NCBI RefSeq assembly: GCF_025526975.1
Contig: NW_026515669.1
Coordinates: forward strand, 868,001 to 932,000
Length of the DNA: 64,000 nucleotides
Direction: 5' to 3'
DNA from: Fimicolochytrium jonesii
Taxonomy: Eukaryota
The translations under genes and the position numbers were made by a program. This document shows positions 34,455-46,900 of this stretch, piece by piece (position 1 is the stretch's first letter; each line of letters starts with the position of its first letter). A model generated the notes under the pieces. That model was not told where the DNA came from and made no database searches. It saw nothing but the letters and a program-made list of their open reading frames with translations.

Positions 34455-37400
34455 TTAGACGCACTTCTTGACAGCGACTTCCTTGCACCTGTTCTTGCCC
34501 GAACCAGAGCAGCGAGTCTCACAAGAGACTCCCGGAGCGACCAGAACGATCGAGTCGGCAACAGTATTACGCCACTGGCTGGCCAAGTCGGAGTTTTTCT
34601 GGCTCGCCTTGTATCCGTAGGGGCAAGCGCACACGTTCTTCTTGTTCACACGCACGCAAGCAGCCGTGTCATCACAGGCAGCAACGTTGCCGTCGGGTTG
34701 GCAGGTGGGGCATTGGAGGGCGAGAGGGGTGGGGCTCACGAGAGGCGAAGAGGTTCTGCTGGCGGGAGTGACCGCGCGAGTCGACGTTGCGGGCTTGGAT
34801 GTAGCGGGCTTGGCCGTGGCGGGCTTCGATGTAGCGGGCTTAGACGTGGCGGGCTTGGATGTACCCTGCGGAGCAGTAGCCTCAGTGGTCGCCGCAGGGC
34901 GCGTGGCGACGACGGTCGAGGTGGCTTGGATAGTTGCAGGCTTGGTCAAAGCGAACGTGGAGCTTCCAATGATAACCGAGGATGCGGCAGGTTCAGCTGG
35001 AGCCTCACTAGTGGCCTCGACGGCATTGGTGCTTTGTGCTGGCTCAACTACGACGGCCTCGGTGGTGGTTTCGGGAGCAGCGGCCGCAGTGGTCTCTCCA
35101 GCGGAAGCCGCCTCGGATGTCTCCCCGGGTACCGCAACGGAGCCAACGGTAGCGGGACCGGGGCGAACGATGGTGGTCTGCGGAACGGGGTTAATGATTA
35201 CAGCTTCGGTGGTAACCTCAGCTTCAGGGATGCTGGTCGCTTCGGCAGCGGGGGGAAGACTAAGGGGACAGAAATGCGTTTGTCAAGAAGAGTCATAATG
35301 TGACCGGTTTTCGGCAAGATGGACTTACTACGTTGCAGTCAAAGGAATTTCCGCTCCGTTTGTAAGAACCGCGTCCGTGGGAATGATCTGAAGAGTGGTT
35401 CCTTCCTCGGCAGCAGCGGTCGTAGGCTCAGGTTGCTCGATAACGACAACGGTAGTTGCGACAGCCACAGGCTCCGTTTCTTCAGGAGAGGAGCCTTCGG
35501 TGGTGGAAGCAAAGACGGGGTTGACGATGATCTCGGTGGTCGTCCCAGGAGCCGGAATCACCTCGGTTGTCTGAGCTGGTACTTCCTCGTTCACCACTGT
35601 GGTCTCTTCAGATGCAGGAGCTGAGAGAGTCGCGGGAATAGGTCCGATGGTGGCGATCGGGAAGGCGGCAGGTGCAGTAGTGTCTTCAGAAGCGACCTCT
35701 TCAGTGGTAGTAGGTGCAGGCTCAACGATGACGATGACTGTAGCGGAGGCAGCAGGTTCGTCGCCGCCGGCAGCAGCGGTGGTTGCGGGTGCAGGTTCGA
35801 GGAGCGTCAAGGTGATGGCACCAGGGATCTGAACGATAGATGTGCCTACAGCAGGTGAACCCTGTTCTCCGGCGGTCGAGGTAGAAGGAGCATCCACGAT
35901 GACGAGAGTCGTCTCCACAGCGGGTGGAGCGCCGTCGGTGGCGGTGACAGTGTTGTAAAAGACGATCGTGGTGTCCTGATCGACCGGGATGGTTGCAGAA
36001 ATCTCAGGAATATAAACGCCATTGGTTGCAGCGGGCTCAATGAAGGTAAGCGTGGTGGCACCGGGTTGAGACGGCACTTCGGGGGCGGATGTCTCCTCGG
36101 CAGCGGCCGTATTTTCAGCGGTGAAGAGCGGGAGGGTGAAGACAGGCACTTCGGCGGAAGCGGTGGGCTCGCTGGTGAAAGGCTCTACGGGGATAGTAAA
36201 CACAGGCTCTTCGGCGGCAGCCGTTGAAGCCGCGGCAATGATGCTCGAAGCACTTGTGAGGGAAATGTTCGGTTAACTACGAATGCATACATACTTCCGT
36301 CGAACGAGCGACGATAACTTACACCTGAGCCGCGTCAGAAATAGCTTCAGTGAAAGCAGCTGCCGCGCTGGAGGCGACCTCAGTGAATTCAGCAGCGGCG
36401 GACGACTCGATAGCAGCAGCCTGAGTTTCAGCAGCGGCAACGATGCTGGTTGCCTCAGCAAAGGCGCTCGATTCACTGGTAGTGAAAGTGTTTACTTAAG
36501 TTGACTGCGACACCTGGTAGAAAGAAGCGGTCAGACAGCGATGCAGAGTCACGTACATGGCAGCGGCAGCGGAGACTGCCTCAGTGAATGCAGCAGCCGC
36601 AGTGGAAGCGACCGCAGCTTCGTCGGTAACCGCGGCGGCCGCGATGCTTGAAGCACTATTTATGGAAGATGTGTGAGTTGAATGAAGTGCTAGCAGCGCC
36701 TTTGCGTCTGACTTACGCTGCAGCAGCACTGGAGACTGCTTCGGTGTAGGCAGCGGCGGCGGATGATTCGATGGCAGCAACTTGAGTGGCGGCCGCAGCA
36801 ACATCGCTGGTGGCTGCCGCAAGAGCGCTCGCTTCACTGGTGACAAACAATGATTTCAGCGTCTGTGCATATAGTATCAGCAAAGCTGCGTCCAGATACA
36901 TGAGACTCACATGGCAGCTGCGGTGGAAACGGCCTCGGTGTAAATGGCAGCCGCGCTCGCGACTACCTCGGTGTACTGTGCGGCCGCTGTAGATTCAGCA
37001 GCTGCAATCTCGGTAGAAGCGGCTGCGGCAATCTCGGTGAGAGCAGCAGCAATTGCGGACGACACTTCAGCATCTGCAGTGGACAATGCAGCAGCAGCAG
37101 CCGAAGACGCAGCGGCAGCAATGGATTGCGTTTCCAGTACAGCACTGTCAAAAACCCCACATAACGGGCACGCGAATAAGGCACATGCTAAATCAAAACA
37201 AGGATAAGCTTCACGCAACTTACGCGTTTGTGGTAGCAGCGACTCCGCCAGCTGGTGCAGCCGTGGGTGCGGCAGGAGACGTGGAGCTAAGCGAAAGAAG
37301 TGGAGTACAATGAGTTGGTTCATTTGAAGACACTCAAGAAAGGTGGCGCAACTTTGACTCACGAGGCCACTGGCGTGCTAGAGCTGGAGGTGGATGCCTC

Positions 37401-37979
37401 CCTCTTACACACATTGAGTGTGTTGACATGGACCTCAGCTAAAGGCCAGCAGGAAGTCGATCAGCTATGTTGAAGATGATAAAGAGTGACCGTCGTAAAG
37501 AGTGGGATACGTACAACAGCGCCTCGAGCTACAGACAGTGTTGCAAACAGTGCCGGGTGATACGTACACACGGCTGCTGCCACGGCTGACTCGCCAGTGG
37601 GTGGCAGTGTTGCCGTTGCGAGCACTAGCCTACATCATATTCACGATGTGTGAGGATGTGGACAGATGGAGCATATAATGTTTGGTCGTCGCCCACATAC
37701 CTTGAATCCATCTCTGCAGGCACAGAAGCCTTTCTCGCCAAGGCTCCTGACACCGGGAGAGATGCAGGTTGTAGTCGCATCACATCGGTTCAAGCCCGAA
37801 GCGGGGTCGCAGTCGGGGCAAGTAGCCTGACGGGGCGTCAAGGCAGGGGCGGCCAACACCGATTGAACTGCACATGCACAGGAGTATAGACAGATGAGAC
37901 CTCAGCCTTGAAGCTCCGTGTACTCTGCATTTCAGAACTCACCAGTGCAGACGGCTACAAGCAGAGAAAAGAACTTCAT
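34455..37979 (-). CDS. Secreted adhesin/mucin-like protein: 8-Cys domain, Ala-rich helical repeats, Thr/Glu/Pro stalk, second 8-Cys domain
   Basis: Signal peptide MKFFSLLVAVCT; N-domain CPDCDP..NRCDATTTC..FCACRDGFKAS..HWR..VYVSPGTVCNTVC; homologous C-domain CPTCQP..CDDTAAC..CACPYGYKAS..QWR..LVAPGVSCETRC..CKEV. Confidence 0.85.
34788..34862 (-). repeat. 15-bp coding tandem repeat, about 5 copies of KPATS/KPATA
   Basis: TSKPATSKPATSKPATAKPATSKPATS in ORF 34455-34949. Confidence 0.9.
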
Positions 37980-39282
37980 GATGCTACCAGCGATGCGAAT
38001 TTGCGGCTACTTAGATTCTGAATACTAGGTATGAACAGATTTCAAGTGAACTTTTCGATCAACGATAAGTCACCGTGAGCCAAAATGTGTTAGGGAACCA
38101 GAAACAGTGAGGGGGGGATGGGACGAGCCTCCCGTTTTATATGCGCCCTCTCATACACTCATTTCAAAAGCTTGCACTGGTTCGGGGCTCGAGGGTAGCA
38201 TTCATTGAGGCGCGGGATGCGCAAAAGTGAAGTATGCTTCGTTCGAGCTGTCAACTTTATATCAACTCTTCCTTGGCCCTCTGATGGCGGAGTTGGAACT
38301 TGATGGCTTATGTAATCAGCTTTCGGGCATTTCGACAGGCGAATTAACGTCATTGGTGCTTTCTCTCTATACTCGAACGTCGTGCATTTGTGACGAGGTG
38401 CTTATTCGGGACAATCGTTCGATCGAAAATGTCTGGCCGGTGCATTCGCCGCTTTTTTTTGGCGAAGCGGAGTTGCTTCTATTGGTGCAGGATGAAAGCA
38501 AGGGATGGTTGAGAGGCGTTAGATGTCCTGCCGCTCTCAGCTCACAACCACGCACTCGGTTGTTTGCCCGTTACAATGAGCCCGGAAGGAACAGCTCAGC
38601 AGGGCTCCTTAGTAGAATGCACATACACATTCTTCCGAAGGAGGAACAATATAATCTACCACGTCAGGCCTTACTGTAAACCCCCACGTTCAGAGCGACT
38701 TGATGAAGGGGGCGAGGCATTGGTGGAATTTTTTGCAGTCAGAATAAATTGTACCCCTGACATACAGACATACAGGGACAGGTTCGGAAGTCCGTCCCGG
38801 CAGGCTCGTCTTTGGATCGTGACAGCATGTGACGTCCAAAAATGAAATCCTCGTTGTTCATCACACATCGATGCAGGTATTACTGATACCTAATCGCTTC
38901 GAAGGCCCGCGAAGATAAAGCAAAGGTAAGCCTACCTACACTACATCATGCCACTAGATGCGTGATGTTTCCAAAATATCCACAACCTACATGCCCCCAA
39001 ACAAAGGCGTAAATACAGGTGGGAGACTACTCTAAGGCAAGACCATTGCTATGCAAATTGTCCAAGCCGGAGGTTGACAGGTGAGCGAGTGGAGGTAAGG
39101 ACCCAAGTCTTGTGGACATCCTGTTGAGCTACGCCATCGACAGAGCTACGGCTTAATCTTAAAGTTCAGCACGTACCGAAAGTCGATGAGAACGGGGCCC
39201 CCAACAATTTGCATTGAAGAAATCTCGATGCATGCACTGCAGTGAATGATGCCAGATCATTCATTGTCCGAACGACTGCGAG

Positions 39283-39648
39283 TTATGTACCTGCACGTCT
39301 AGAACGTTTTTTCGATTCCTGAGTACTTGCAGGGCTAGCTTTCGCTTCCGCTGATACGCTCACCGACTTGTCAACGTATGGTTTCCGTTTCCGCGGTGTC
39401 TCATCATCTTGTGGTGTGGAAGTCGTGCCATTTCCTCCATTTGATGCACCCTTCTCTTGCAGAATCGGTGCTTTGATAGTATCAATCACCTTCGACACCC
39501 CATTCGAGAGCTTTGGAGCGATATGATCGGCGTACGTTGCCAGTTTGTGTCGGGGATATCTCATATTCGTCTTGTATTTGTGATTATATCTTTCTACTTC
39601 TACGCGATCCGGTACTCGAGCTGGCCACCCAAGCACTCGGTGATACAT
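39283..39648 (-). CDS. Possible small orphan basic protein (121 aa from the first ATG) or gene fragment
   Basis: ATG at 39648, TATAAA ~80 nt upstream (39731-39726), PRKRKP and KKRSRR NLS-like motifs; no recognisable family. Confidence 0.3.
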   Translation of the reverse strand: MYHRVLGWPARVPDRVEVERYNHKYKTNMRYPRHKLATYADHIAPKLSNGVSKVIDTIKAPILQEKGASNGGNGTTSTPQDDETPRKRKPYVDKSVSVSAEAKASPASTQESKKRSRRAGT

Positions 39649-39761
39649 TACCTTAGGCCTATTGTGCGCGAGATCGGAAGTAGCCAACGGAGGTCAGATC
39701 GTACTAGTATAGTCTATTCTGGTTGTTTATAGAAAAAGGGTAAGTTTGTGGGTTGGGCCAT

Positions 39762-39859
39762 GGCCGTGGCCGTCCTCCCCCCCCCCCCCCCCCCACCCCC
39801 CGCCTCACCCCCCCCCCCCAGAGGCGTCGCGTCAAACGCGGGAGGGGACGGCCACGGCC
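39762..39859. repeat. Perfect 14-bp inverted repeat enclosing poly-C tracts
   Basis: GGCCGTGGCCGTCC (39762-39775) / GGACGGCCACGGCC (39846-39859); C18 run at 39777-39794 plus further C runs. Confidence 0.9.
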
Positions 39860-40681
39860 CCCGGACGCCATGGACGGCTCGACCTTCGCTAAGACGGTGA
39901 ACATGGTATGCTCACGGATTCCACATGCGCATGCAGCCTGTTGACATTCCCAGAAAAGACCGCTGATGTATTCAACGCAATGTTCTCTCTACAATGATTT
40001 GCCAACTGAACGGAGGCTTGAGAACATCGCACCGTTCGTAAGTGGTCGATTGAGGCGACAGTAGATCGTCAAATTGCGAAGGCTTTTACAGTGTCGGATT
40101 CACGTTGGCCAAGTCCCTTTCACCCGCTAGACTGGACGAATCATGCATAAAGGTACCCGTCCCTGGTAAAAGTAGAGGTATGGACGGAATAGATTGACTC
40201 TACAACTATCGCTTGGAGGCAGTCTGTGCCTTTTCGGCTCTCATTGAAATTGAAGCCTAAGATGAGTCTGAATGTAAATCTACATGCACTTAGCATCTAA
40301 TAAGCTCCATGATAGGCCTGAAGGCACGCCTTGAGAAGGATGGCAAGCACCGTTGAACATGCTGTCAGTTGCTGTCAATGAAGACAGGCGAGCGTGTTCT
40401 CCAGTCCCTCCGTGGCGAAGCAAGAGCGCCGTAATGGTGATGATGCGCCCAACTTCTCCAACTTGCAACTTCGGCAGTGCCAAGGTTCCAAACTTACGTT
40501 GCTCATCGCACATCTGTATCGCACATATATTAGCAGCCTCAGTAGCGCAGGAGACGACGACGTTTATTATAATATCTCGCTATATACCCTCCTGCACCGT
40601 CCGACATCTCATAGAGTATCTGTCACCACCGCTCGCCCCGTAATCTGAGCACGGTACACTTATCTGCGAGCGTAAAACACA

Positions 40682-42380
40682 ATGCCACCTCCTCCACCTC
40701 CGGCACCTCCACCGCCAGCTGCATCGGCTGCGCCCCCAGCACCAAAGCCCACCGACTTGCTAAAGTCCATAGAGAAGGGAACGAGGCTAAAGAAGGTGCA
40801 GACAAATGATCGGAGTTCTCCAATTGTAGATGGTGAGTGCGTTTTTCCAGCAAGCGAATGCGGACCAGGGAGGTCTTAAGAGTGCCATAGCACTCTTAGG
40901 TTCATCTATCCGCACAGAGGGCCGTCGCGCCAGGTCGTGATACCATCAACTAACATTTCTTCCTCTCGGGAATTGCGTTATAGCGGGAAAGCCGACAGGT
41001 GGCGGTGGTCCTGGCGGCGCAAGATCGCCCCCGATGCCTAGACCTCCAGGTGCCGGCGCCTCAAGTGGTGGAGGTGCAGGTCCACAGTTGGGAGGTCTGT
41101 TTGCAGGCGGGATGCCAAAGCTTCGTTCCACCGGTGGCAGAGGCGGAGGGGACTCAGGTGAGATCGCGATAGGGAGGGATTTGGTGGAGACATAGATGTG
41201 GAGAAGGAGCTGACCACATATTGTCCAATTTAGCGCCTGAGCCATCCGTTCCGAAACCACCGAAGCCATCCAATGACTTTACAACTGCCATCGGTTCCCA
41301 TATGCTGAACAAACAAGGACCTCCTCCGACCCCTTCCAGGCCGGGTCTGCCGTCAAAATCAACCTCTCCTCCAAGCATTCCTCGTTCGAGCATCGTTCCA
41401 CCAACTCCTCCTAGGTCATCAGAACCTCCTCCACTTGCTGCTCGAGGTGTTCCGGCTCCGCCGTCACGTGGAGGCCCACCACCGGTTCCAGACCGCTCGA
41501 ATCCGCCACCACCAGCTGCCGCGGCCCCTCCGCCGACCCCTTCTCGACCGCCCACTATAGGGAAAAGTGGCCCACCACCTGCGCCTCCAAGGTCAGGACC
41601 CTCATCTGCACCTGGCAGCGCAGCTGGATCACTGCGTGGCCCACCTCCAGCCCCACCTTCTCGAGGGTCGGTCAAAGACGCTTTCGAAAAGCCTGCTCCT
41701 CCCACGTTCAGCCGTGCAATCCCACCACCCCCAGGAGGATTCGGCGGACTGAAACCCACCGGAGGACTCAATGGAGCTGGGTTTGGCGGCCCAAGACCGT
41801 CCGGCTCAACGGGGAATATTGCCTCATTTGATCGAAGGGAAAGCGACCCGTCGCGCTCACAAACAGAAACCATCGGAAGATGGACATTCAGGACAGATCT
41901 GCCACCTCCGCGGCAATACGCAGGCGGAGCCTCGGAGGCTAATGCCCTCCCAACTAGATTACCCCCAGCCGCTGGAAGCCCGTCCCTGGGAAGGCGCCCA
42001 CCTCCTCCACCACCTCCCGCCAGCCGAAGAGGAAGTGCGGTTCGACCTCCACCACCGCCGGTGAGGAGCAGAGAGGGGTCGGTGGGACAGGCTGCCGAAA
42101 TCACGAAATACGCAGATGACACGCTGCCGAGATTGGAAGCTTCGTTAGAGAGAGCCAAAGCAGACGAGGATTACATGCTCTGCGCCAACTTGAAGAAATA
42201 CATCACAGTAAGTCCCTTGTTCTGTGCGCGACGCCAGCTGATGCCAATTTGCTCATATTTGACTATCGCGTTTATTAGACTCTCACAGATCTGAAAAAGC
42301 GGGCAACGTCCGGAGGTTCGGTCGTGCTGATTCTCGATGAATATCGTACTCTGAAAACCAATCTAGAATCGCTTCTCTGA
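40682..42380 (+). CDS. Verprolin/WIP-family WH2 proline-rich actin regulator
   Basis: MPPPPPP start, WH2 DLLKSIEKGTRLKKVQTNDRSSP, second motif LGGLFAGGMPKLRS, poly-Pro body, WASP-binding-like WTFRTDLPPPRQY; 4 exons. Confidence 0.9.
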
Positions 42381-42676
42381 TAATCTTTGAAAGAAATAAA
42401 CGCGGCGAATGGGTCATATGAATTTTTGATTATGATTATGCATAAATCCACATACACTCATGCAACCCCAGGAGACATGCCGGGTCACTTATCAGACGCC
42501 CGGTCAAAGGTTTATGTTTCTTTGCATTTACAAGGCCTTTATCGACAAGATTTACACGTTGGAATGGACATGAGAGCGTAGTGCGGGCTCTCTGAATACA
42601 AAGGAAAGGTGGAAGAGCTAGTATGGGCTCTTTGAATACAAAACGCAAGGCTCGTTCGCGGCTCGTTTGGTCGATC

Positions 42677-43463
42677 CTACAGCAAATCATTCCAGTAAAA
42701 CGCGACCAACGCGGCGCCGAATGCAATCGCCGCCCGGCCCAGCCCCACATTCGCTGTCCGATGACCACTTGAGGTGTTGGCCGACGGAGGAGGTGTCGCA
42801 GACGCATCGGTAGGCGCAGGAAGGTTGGCCGACGTGATAATGGGGACGGTGCTATTGCCGGCCGGAAGCGGTCCCACGGTCGGGGTAGGCGATATCGTCG
42901 GAGTTTGCTTGTAGGGCAGGTTCTGGGCCTGGACGGCGGCGATGAAATCCGTTTCGAGTTTGTTGAGGGCGTCGGTCAGGGGTTGCACGCTGTTAGTGGC
43001 GTTGGCTGAGGGGAGGAGGTCCATAACCGTCTGCGATTGGATCAAGGGAAAGGTACAGTACAAAAGTAGGTTAGCACTCACATTAAGGGCAACGCATTGA
43101 AAGCTCCGTTCATCAAACTGTGCCGTTGTGACATACCTGAATAGCATCATCAAGCTTAGCAGGGTCCACCCACTGGTTTCCCTTGATCAAACCGACCACT
43201 CTTGCGAACGGCAACCGAACGTCGCTCGACATAGGCAACCCCGTCGCGTTCCACGCAGCCTCCAAAGCCCTGACGTCCTCGCCGAAGGGAGGGTCGAAGA
43301 GACGCGGTTCGTAGGTTGGAGACGCGGTGGAGTTGGACTTGACGGTTTCAACTGGGGCGGCTTTGTCTGTAGGGGTTGCTGGAGCTGCCGTTGCGAGCGA
43401 TAGGCTGCAGGCTAAGAAGCAGAGGGTGAGGAGGGTACTCGGAAAGAAGCGTTCGAGGCGCAT
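42677..43463 (-). CDS. Small secreted, probably GPI-anchored hypothetical protein
   Basis: Signal peptide MRLERFFPSTLLTLCFLACSLSLATA, S/T/P-rich pre-terminal stalk, hydrophobic tail AAIAFGAALVAFYW; at least one intron after DDAIQ. Confidence 0.7.
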
Positions 43464-43992
43464 GATGGGATTATTTGAGTTGTTGGACGTAAGTTTGGTG
43501 GTAATCTAGGTAAAGAATATGCTCTTCAAAAATGAGAGTATGTAAACCTTTGGAAGTATGGAGTTGGTCGTTGACAAGAGTGTCGGAGCTGGGAGCAACG
43601 ACCCCGGCCGCTTTTTATACCCGCCCGAAGTCCCGCGCGCGCGCTTTCAGAGCAGCCTCAACCAATGCCAAGGGTGCAAGGCCAAATGTCCGTCATCCAT
43701 CAACGTAAGCCAACATCTTCCTTCCTTTGGTCGCGAGACCTCCGGGTACGATAAGGGGTTCTAAAAAAACCAAAGCGAATTGTGGAAAGAGGGGTTTCGC
43801 GTCCGTCACGTCAGCAAAGCATGCGCGTCTCCAGGGATTTTATGGGTGGCACAGTAACTTCATTTGTTAATTGCGTGTGTTGAGATTTTCCCAGGCTTTT
43901 CAGCATGAGGCTTTTTGCTCTTTTTCCCACGCTCGCAACATCCTATCGGAGTACCATTGCACTTTGGAACTCAAGTACCAGCCAAGACAAGA

Positions 43993-46900
43993 ATGTGGCC
44001 TCAGTGCACAAAACCTGGGGAAGAGGCCGGGAGGGGCCTGCCTTTGATGCCCCGCTCGACATCCCGACAAGGCGGCTTGTCCAAGCCCTCTTTCTTCAAC
44101 GCGCCATCTTACAGATCGACTCGGGGTCATGAGCACAGCGACTCCGGAAGTGCCAGCAGCTTCTCTCCGCGATCAAATAGGGATGCGTATCCAACACCCT
44201 CCTCGTCGAACCAGATGGTTTTTTCGCCGCCGACGGCCGGTACAGCCCCGACATTCCTAACAACGGCGTCGGAGCGGTCGGTCTTCAACGACTTTAACGC
44301 GTTTGGAAGGCCTAAAGTCAAGGCGTCGAAGTTCCTCGATTCCAACTGCAGTCTTTGGGCTTCGGGGTAACGTTTTGGGTCGGCTTTGTTCACGTGTGGA
44401 TGGGACTCATCTCATATAATTCGTGGGAATTGATCAGAAATGAGCACAACCTGCAACCTCCGATGGCCCCACCGCAAGCTGAGCCGATGGATCTATTTAC
44501 AGGAGACATTGAGCGTGACATTTTGCTCGATGCAGGTATGACCCTCAAGTTTCCCTCAGGTGAGGATCGATCTGGAAGCTTACTCCGATGTACTTGGAGG
44601 CCGATATGGCGACCCTCGGTACTCGGGCTTTGGCTCGTGCATGCCGAGAGATCCTTATTCAGAGCAGATTGCTGAGGTATGAGCCTTTCAGTTTATGCGT
44701 TCTGTGAATGTCCTCTCACATGCTACTCTCTCGGCAGGTACCTTACCAACTCACGGAATGGGACTCGGAAGCGCCACCGGAAGAACCAGAGGATCACCAC
44801 TTCCGGCGCACTCCAAATTTTGGGACTACATCTGAAATGGAGAACCGCTTTATGGCTCCACCAGTGCAGCAGCAATGTGCCTTTCCACTGCTGCCTTCAC
44901 GACAGGCCCTCAAGGAGTTCGTTCCCAAGACCGTCGTCAAACCTCCCGCCGTTCCCAAGGGCGGCAATGATGGACTGACGGTTAATGGCATCCGCTTGAG
45001 GCGTGTTGCTGATCTGCGTATGTATACCTTCCGTCATACGATCAGACCATGTACTCTGTCTTGACTTTGTTACGTAGCGGACAAGTTTCGTAGTCTATTC
45101 AAGTTCCCGTACTTCAACGCTGTCCAATCGGAGTGCTACGATAAAGTATTTTTTTTTCCGTGAGAATGCGCGTTTCTGGTCTGAACCCTCAACCCTCACC
45201 ATCAACCCTCTTCAGGCCTTCTGCACGGACGAAAACCTAGTCGTTAGCGGTAAGATTCGGAATGCATTACCGTACTATAAAACGTAGACACTCATCTTAT
45301 ATTTACTTTCGTCCGACACAGCTCCAACGGGATCTGGAAAAACGTGCATCATGGAGCTCGGTAAGCACCTCAGCGCTCCCAAATCCATTCAAATGACGAA
45401 GGCTCACGATCCTTGAAGCTGTACTCCATCTACTGTCACGGCCGGATGGCGAGAACGCGAAGGTGGTCTATATGGCTCCGACGAAGGTAAAAATGGGGCT
45501 TGTTTGGCCTTCGTCCATATCCGAGTGATCATCGCATTTTGTCGTAGGCTTTGTGTAGCGAGCGAGTTCGAGATTGGCAGCAAAAGTTTCGAACCCTTGG
45601 GATCACGTGTAAGAAAGTTGCATGGTTCATGTGACTCCGCTTCGGCGGTGACTTCAATTCCATCACAGGCAATGAACTTACGGGGGACAGTGACAATCTT
45701 CGAACATGCGAGATACAGCAGAGCAATATCATGTAGGGAATGCTCTGTAGTGTCCTCGATAAAAAGGCAGCGACTGATCTTCCGTAGTGTGACAACCCCT
45801 GAAAAGTGGGACTCGATGACCCGGAAGTGGTAAGATCCCCGTCAAAAGCACTCACTCGTAGTCCAGCGAACGCTAACAACACATTGATAGGCGCGACTAT
45901 AAGAACCTGATGAGCCTCCTCCGTCTTATCATGGTGAGGCGAGTTCCGTGGTCGTCTCGTAGAACAGCAGAGGAGCTGAATGGTGGTTTGCAGATCGACG
46001 AATGCCACACGTTAAACGAACCTGGCCGCGGAGCAACCTTAGAGGTTGTGGTGAGCCGAATGAAGACTGTCAATGCGGAGCTTCGGCGTCAAGGAGGTCC
46101 AAATGGCCAATTGGTGTTGGAGATCCGCTTTCTAGCTGTCTCAGCGACGGTCCCGAACATCATGGACATTGCTGAGTGGTTGAAATCTGCTCATGGCACG
46201 CCAGCACAAGTCAGGCGAGTATTGGACATCAGCTTCCCTTGGTTGTTGTGCAGGAATGCTTACTTTCTCTGCAGGGTATTTGGCGAAGAGTTTCGACCCG
46301 TGCAGCTTCGGAAAGAGGTTCTGGGCTTCTTTGCAAAGTCAGCCAACTATTTCCAGTTCGAAGCAAGTTTGGATTACAAGTAGGTCTTTTCGCATCTGTG
46401 CATTGGCGGGGAGTGACTCAGACTGTGTTTTGCGCCCCTAGATTGATGGAGGTCATCGAGCGATTTTCAGCCAAGAAACCAAGTCTAGTGGTGCGCCCGC
46501 AAGCAATGCAGTCGCGATTGTCTTATTCTTCATTCGATTGACCTGTTTTTCTATCCTAGTTCTGTTCCACGCGAAAATCTGTTACCACATGTGCCGAACG
46601 ACTTGCTAAGGAATGTGTAGAGTTATGCTCCGGATCAAATGGATATGGGCCAATGCACCCATTTGTCAAGACCCGAAACCTATCAGACACTCTGAGGGGA
46701 ATCAAGAACAGAATCACCGACAGGAAGCTAGCCGGTATGATTGATGGCTTTGAGCTTGGAAGCATGGCGCCAACTCATATTTGGCATGCAGAGCTCGTCG
46801 TCCATGGGATTGGTTTTCATCATGGCGGCCTCTCCACGCAAGATCGACAGCTTATCGAGTCCTCCTTCTTGCAAGGGCATATTAGCGTCGTTTGTATGTT

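Noticed and set aside
34446..35303. 285-aa and 218-aa + strand ORFs
   Set aside because: Antisense shadows of the biased-codon adhesin gene
41154..42158. 334-aa Gly-rich minus-strand ORF
   Set aside because: Antisense shadow of the poly-Pro verprolin exon
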